From contig CAVYBH010000008.1 of NCBI GenBank assembly GCA_963766715.1, positions 416,001 to 480,000 on the forward strand: a stretch of DNA of 64,000 bases, in the 5' to 3' direction. The stretch's first letter is position 1. Each line of letters opens with the position of its first letter. Below the pieces are notes generated by a model. It made no database searches. It was given only the letters and a program-made list of their open reading frames with translations, and had not been told where the DNA came from. Shown in pieces: positions 58,866-64,000 of the stretch. A program made the position numbers and the translations under genes. This DNA is from an uncultured delta proteobacterium (GTDB lineage: Bacteria > Myxococcota > Myxococcia > Myxococcales > Anaeromyxobacteraceae).

Positions 58866-61053
58866 CTAGAGCGCGAGCCCCTCCTCGCGCCACCAGTCGG
58901 CCCAGGCCCGGGCCGCCCGCCGCCGCTCCGGCCCCGGCGCGTCGGCCCGGTAGGCGACGGGGGGCTCGCCGGCGCGGCGGAGCTCGGCGGCGGCCTGCTC
59001 GCGGAGGTCGAGGTCGGGGGAGTCGAGGGCCTGGAGGAGCCAGCTCGAGCGAGGGGCGGCCCGCCACTCGCGCCACCAGCCGATCCAGGGCTTCGGATCC
59101 GGCCCGAGTCGCTGGAGGGTGATGCGCGAGAGCGCGTCGGCGCTGGCGGCGGCCAGCTCCCCGCCCTGCTCGAGCAGCTGGATGAGCAGCGGGACGGAGT
59201 CCGCGTCCGCGAGCCGGCCCAGGGCCCGGGCGGCCGGCAGGGCGCGGGCCGGCGCGTCCGCTGCCGAGCGAGCGGCGCAGGTCGGCGACGAGCGGCGGGA
59301 GGGCGGGCGTCCCCCTCGCGGCGACCAGCGCCTCCCGGGCCTCGGCGGCCACGGAGGAATCCTCGTCCTGGATCCGCGCGGCGAGCCGGGCGAGGGTCGA
59401 GGGGTCTCCGAGCCGGGCGAGCAGCGCCACGGCGGCGCGGCGGCGCGCGGCGTCGGGGTCCTCGAGCGCGGCGAGCAGCGGCTTCTCCGCGGCGCGCCCG
59501 ACCGCCACGGTCCCGGCGAAGATCGGCCCCCGCGCCTCTGCAGGGAAGGAAGGCGTCGCCCTGTCCTCCATCTCCATGGGTCCAGGCAGTCGCGCCACCA
59601 GCGCGGCGGCGGCCTCCGGCCCTCCCTCGACGAGCCGGGCGACGAGCTGCTGGCGGTCGTCGGAGCCGCGGGAGCTCGAGGCCAGCGCCTCGACGAGCGA
59701 CGCCACGTCCTCGGCCCGCCCGGACGAGAGGGCCTCGGCCGCCGACGCCACCTCGTACTCGCCGAGGTCCACGTCCACGGAGAAGGGAAGCGGATCGACC
59801 TCGACGCGGGCCGGCTCGCTGACCTTCCAGCCGTCGTCCGCCGAGGCCTCGGCCGGGCCGGCGGCCTGGGCCGGTGCGGATTCCTCGACCGGGAGGGGTG
59901 CGTCTCGAGGGGTGCGTTCTCGAGGGGCGCTGCGTCCTCGAGGGGCGCTGAGTCGGCGGCGGGCGTGCATCGACGGGAGGCGCGGGCTCGACCGGGCGGG
60001 TCGGCTCCGGGGCGACGGCGGGAGACCGGGAGCGCCGGGTCCGGCGTCCTCTCGCCTGCCGCCTTCCGGCTCCGGATCATCCGCTCCAGCGAGGCGCCGA
60101 GCGCACCCAGCAGCACGAAGAGGTCGCCGAGCCGGCTCGAGGTGACCGGCGCGTCGTCGTTGTCGGCGTAGAGCACGCAGGCGGGGCGCTCGCCCTACGA
60201 ACACCGGCGCCACGAGCACCGTGTGCGGACCGACGCGCCCCAGCCCGCCCAGGATCGACGCGGTGACCGGATCGGAAGGCGGCGGGCCCAGGTACGGGGC
60301 GCGCGCGCCGAGCGGGGCGCCGAAGAGCCCGGCGGCGTCCAGGCTCACCGAGAGGCGGCGGCAGGCCTCCCGCGCGCGGGGATCCGCTCCCAGCGCGTCG
60401 TGTCCGGAGAGGCCGTCGCGGCGGACCGAGAACACGGCGGCGAAGGAGAAGAAGTCGAGCGCGTAGCGCAGCGCCACGCGGATGGCGGCGTCGCGGTCCG
60501 GGGCTGCCGCGAGCGCCTCCCCGGCCTGGGCCGCGGTCCAGCGCGGCGCGGCCGCGGGGACGGGAGGCGGCGGGGGAGGCTCGCGCTCGGGGGCTCCGGC
60601 CAGCGCGGCCAGGCGTTCGGCGAGAGGGCTCCCGTAGAGCTTGTGGACGAGGGAGCGGACGCGCCACTCGGGGGCGACGTGGGCCCGGAGGTGCAGGGAG
60701 AGCAGGAAGCCGATCTCGTCGATGAGCCCGAGGTCCGGCGGGTAGGCGGTCACCACCGAGAGGTCGCGGCCGTCGAGCGCGAACGGGGCGATGCCGTGCC
60801 GCTCGGCGACCTTGGCGGGGAAGACCCGCCGCGCCCGGGGATCGGGGCTCGTGAAGGCCGTCTCGGGAGGCGCCGGCAGGCCTGTGACGCGGGCCAGGAC
60901 CTCGGGCAGCCTCGAGCCCGGGACGAGGCGCATCTCGAGCAGCGCCGTGTCGATCGATCCGCCGGACTGCTCCTGCCGCGCCACCACCCGCTCCGCGTCG
61001 CCGCGCGACAAGGCGCCGTCGGCGACGAGGCGCGCCAGCAGGGGCTCGCTCAC
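58866..61053 (-). CDS. GspE-N/MshEN-like domain, GAF-like region and HEAT-repeat protein (FrgA-like); several apparent frameshifts
   Basis: LLARLVADGALS...SIDTALLEM; RVFPAKVAERHGIAPF; LVAPVFVG..LYAD; HEAT repeats; LGPDPKPWIGWW. Confidence 0.65.
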
Positions 61054-61860
61054 GTTCCCCTCCCGCCGTCCACGCCCAGCACCACCCAGGTTCCCGCGCC
61101 GAGATCGTGCGCCCCCCTGCCCTCCCGGTTGAAGAGGGCGAGCAGGAGCCCGACGCCGAGGAAGGCCGCCGAGGGCAGCGCCAGCAGCGCGCGCACCGCG
61201 CTCCTCCCCGGGGTGGGCCGCTCGCCGTCGGGGCCGACCACGCGCAGCGCGAGGAGACGCATGCCCGGGGTCGCGCCGGTGAGCGTCACGCCGAGCCACT
61301 GGTAGGCGAAGGCGAGCAGCGCGACCACCAGGATCACCGGGACCAGGATCTCGCGCTGCGGGGGAAGGAGGTCGGCCTTCCCGATCACCGGCAGGAGCAG
61401 GAGGGCGAGCAGGGCGCCGAGGAGGGCGCCGTCGACGGCCCAGGCAGCCGCGCGCCTCCACGGCGGAGCCCGCCGGCGGTGCACCTCGATGGCCAGGACG
61501 TCGGGGTCGACGTCGAAGTCCGCCGGTGCCGGCTCGGGCTCGCGCGCGGGCGCGGGCTCGGGAGAGGGAGGCGGGACCGGGCGCGACGCGGGGCGCTGTC
61601 GCGAGGGGGAGCGCACCGGCGGCCGGGGGGCGGTGGACGGTTCCCTCGGCGGGCGGCGCCATCTCCCAGTCGAGCGGCACCGGCGTGATCGCCTCCCAGG
61701 TCCCGGAGGAGCGATCCCGGAGGTCGCCGCGGCGATCGAGGGAGAGCGGCCGGTCGAGCGGCGTGCTGCCCCCCTCGTCGACGAGGGCGATGGGCACGCC
61801 GCATCCCGCACATCGGATGGCGGCGGCGCCGTTCTCCGTCCGGCAGCGGGGGCAGTGCAC
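61050..61860 (-). CDS. RDD-family membrane protein with N-terminal Zn ribbon; apparent frameshift in the Pro-rich linker
   Basis: CPRC..N....CAGCG; APPWRRAAAWAVD; GATPGMRLLALRVVGPDG; GAHDLGAGTWVV. Confidence 0.8.
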
Positions 61861-61930
61861 GTCGAAAGGAGTACCGGCGCACCAGGGCGGGGTCAAGACA
61901 CCGAAGGCCTGCCCCGCGGGATATCGGCCG

Positions 61931-62648
61931 CTATCCGAGGTCGCCGGCGAGGTGCTGGATCAACGCGGCCGCGGCGACGGCGGCGGTCTCGGCGCGCAGC
62001 ACGCGCGGACCGAGCGAGGCGAGCCGGCACCCGGCGTCGAGGCAGGCGCGCACCTCGCGGTCGGTCAGCCCGCCCTCGGGACCGAGCACGGCGAGGAACC
62101 CCGGAGCCCCGGGACGGACCACCTCCGGGAGCGGGGCGCCCGCGCCGGCGTGGAAGGCGACGCGCTCGAACCCGGGCGGCGCCTCCAGCGCCTGCGCCAG
62201 CGTTCCCGGCACCGCCACCTCGGGGACGTCGGAGCGGCCGCACTGCCGGGCCGCCTCCTCCGCGATCCGGCGCCAGCGCCGGGTCCGCTCCTCGGCCCGG
62301 TCCGGCTCGAGCCGGACCACCGAGCGCTCGGCCTGCCACGGGACCAGGCGCGAGACGCCGAGCTCGGTGCCCTTCTGGACGATCCAGTCCCCCTTCTCGC
62401 CGCGGGCCAGCGCGAAGGCCAGCCACACGGTGGCGCCGGGCAGCGCCGCCGCGCGACGCTCCCCCAGGGCCAGATCACTCCCCGTGAACGTGGCCGTCCA
62501 GGCGGCGCCCGGCGCCGTCGAAGACCTCCACCTGGGCGCCGGGCTCGAGGCGGAGGACGTCGGACAGATAGTGAAGGGAGGCGGGATCGGGCCGGGCCAC
62601 CGGTCCCTCGATCCGCTCGGGGGGCACGTGGACCCGCCGGCGCGTCAC
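61931..62648 (-). CDS. rsmE: 16S rRNA m3U1498 methyltransferase; apparent frameshifts near 62460-62510
   Basis: HYLSDVLRL, VQKGTELGV, EAARQCGR, GPEGG and LGPRVLRAETA motifs. Confidence 0.9.
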
Positions 62649-63505
62649 CCGCCCTCCGGGCGGCGGAAGCGGACGAGCGACCACTCGCCGCGGCGCTCCC
62701 CGGGCAGCGGCAGGAGCCCCTGGGCCACGAACGGGGCGCGGACCTCCTCCTCCTGGGGAACCAGGATGCCGGCCAGCACCAGCTCGCCCCCCGGCGCCAT
62801 CCGGCCCGCCAGCTCCGGGGCCAGCTCGACGAGGACGTTGGCCAGGATGTTCGCGACCACGAGGTCGAAGCGACCGGGGATCGCGGCGGGGGGCTCGCCG
62901 GTGAGCTCCAGGTCGGCGCCGTTCCGGGCCGCGTTCTCGGCCGCCACCGCCACCGCCACCGGGTCGTTGTCGTTGGCCGCGACCCGGCCGGCTCCCAGCT
63001 TGCGGGCGGCGATGGCGAGCAGCCCGGACCCGGTTCCGACGTCGAGCACCGAGGCGCCGGGCCGGCGCGCCAGGAAGTCGTCGATGGCGCCCAGGCACAG
63101 GGAGGTGGTGGCGTGCGTCCCGGTCCCGAAGGCCATGCCCGGATCGAGCACCACCTCGGCGGAGCCGGGAGGCGGCGCGGCGTCCACCCACGACGGCCGG
63201 AGGAAGAGGCGCCCCACCGTGATGGGGCCGAGCCCCTTCTTCCACTCCTCGCCCCAGTCGCGGTCGGGGATCTCGGCGACCTCGGCGGGGACCTCCAGGC
63301 CGGCGGCCGCGGCCCGGGCGGCCTCGAGGTCGTCGAAGAAGGCGACCAGCAGCACGCACCCGGCGACGGGCTGGCGCGCGCCGGGCATGGGGGCGAGCCC
63401 GGCCTCCCGCTCCTCGACGCCGGCGGCGCCCTGCTCGAAGAGCCAGGCCGTGCAGTCGTCGGCGCGACCGGAGGGAACCTCGGCGGTGAGCGACCAGGTG
63501 GTCAT
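62645..63505 (-). CDS. prmA: 50S ribosomal protein L11 methyltransferase
   Basis: DWGEEWK, LDPGMAFGTGTHATT, LDVGTGSGLL and VANILA motifs. Confidence 0.94.
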   Translation of the reverse strand: MTTWSLTAEVPSGRADDCTAWLFEQGAAGVEEREAGLAPMPGARQPVAGCVLLVAFFDDLEAARAAAAGLEVPAEVAEIPDRDWGEEWKKGLGPITVGRLFLRPSWVDAAPPPGSAEVVLDPGMAFGTGTHATTSLCLGAIDDFLARRPGASVLDVGTGSGLLAIAARKLGAGRVAANDNDPVAVAVAAENAARNGADLELTGEPPAAIPGRFDLVVANILANVLVELAPELAGRMAPGGELVLAGILVPQEEEVRAPFVAQGLLPLPGERRGEWSLVRFRRPEGG

Positions 63506-63536
63506 CGGGCGGCAACCTAGCATAGCATCCGCGGCG

Positions 63537-64000
63537 GTGCCGCCCCGCCCCTTCGGAGTCTACGTTCACTATCCGTGGTGCAGCTTCCGCTGCCCGTACT
63601 GCGACTTCGCGGTGTCCACGGACCGCCCCCTGCCGGGCGCGCGCTACGCCGCCGCGGTGGTGGAGGAGATGCGGCGGCGGGCCCCGGCCTTCGCCGGCAG
63701 GGCCTGCGCCACGCTGTACGTGGGAGGCGGGACGCCCTCGCTCTGGGAACCGGAGGCGGTGGCCCGGGTCGTGGAGGCGGCCCGGGCGCTCGGGCTCCCG
63801 GAGGGCGCCGAGGTGACGCTGGAGGCCAACCCGGAGTCGGCCGACGCCCGCCGGGCCGCGGCCTGGCGGGACGCGGGCGTCAACCGGGTCTCGATCGGCG
63901 TGCAGTCCTTCGACGCCGCCGTCCTGCACAAGCTGGGGCGGCGCCACGGGCCGGACGAGGCGGAGCGGGCCATCCGCGAGGTGGCGGGCGTCATCCCCAA
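63537..64000 (+). CDS. hemW: Radical SAM heme chaperone HemW/HemN-like; truncated by the window end
   Basis: My translation from GTG 63537 gives GVYVHYPWCSFRCPYCDF, YVGGGTPSL, EVTLEANP and GVNRVSIGVQSF. Confidence 0.88.
   Translation, partial: MPPRPFGVYVHYPWCSFRCPYCDFAVSTDRPLPGARYAAAVVEEMRRRAPAFAGRACATLYVGGGTPSLWEPEAVARVVEAARALGLPEGAEVTLEANPESADARRAAAWRDAGVNRVSIGVQSFDAAVLHKLGRRHGPDEAERAIREVAGVIP

Overview
This is a very GC-rich bacterial chromosomal segment. Its gene content (Ser/Thr kinase, Oar-type TonB-dependent transporter with a divergent tonB-exbB-exbD-exbD operon, MshEN/HEAT protein, J-domain/TPR protein) points to a myxobacterium, most resembling Anaeromyxobacter (inference). About 55 genes are present, mostly housekeeping: pepA, gluQ, miaE, malQ, tkt, nadE, frr, pyrH, pcnB, rnhB, mutM, rpsB-tsf, pfkA, methylmalonyl-CoA mutase, korAB, pccB, rsmE, prmA and hemW. 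Roughly half the genes, including normally essential ones, carry apparent single-base frameshifts. This looks like uncorrected long-read indel error, so several gene boundaries are reconstructed across frames and are approximate. I saw no tRNA, rRNA, CRISPR array or mobile element. The five best observations are: (1) a tRNA-guanine transglycosylase fused in frame to an MnmC/MnmD-like aminomethyl N-methyltransferase, a candidate for new wobble-base chemistry; (2) a BCP peroxiredoxin whose catalytic codon is an in-frame TGA followed by a SECIS-like hairpin, i.e. a selenoprotein that the ORF track splits in two; (3) a Ycf46-like AAA ATPase / Zn-ribbon membrane protein / DUF1257 / DUF2997 / radical-SAM module of unknown function; (4) a propeptide-less kexin-like lipoprotein protease with a downstream gene resembling a trans-acting chaperone; (5) an Oar/Ton locus with a Cys-rich lipoprotein. 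All product calls come from motif recognition by eye, with no database search.
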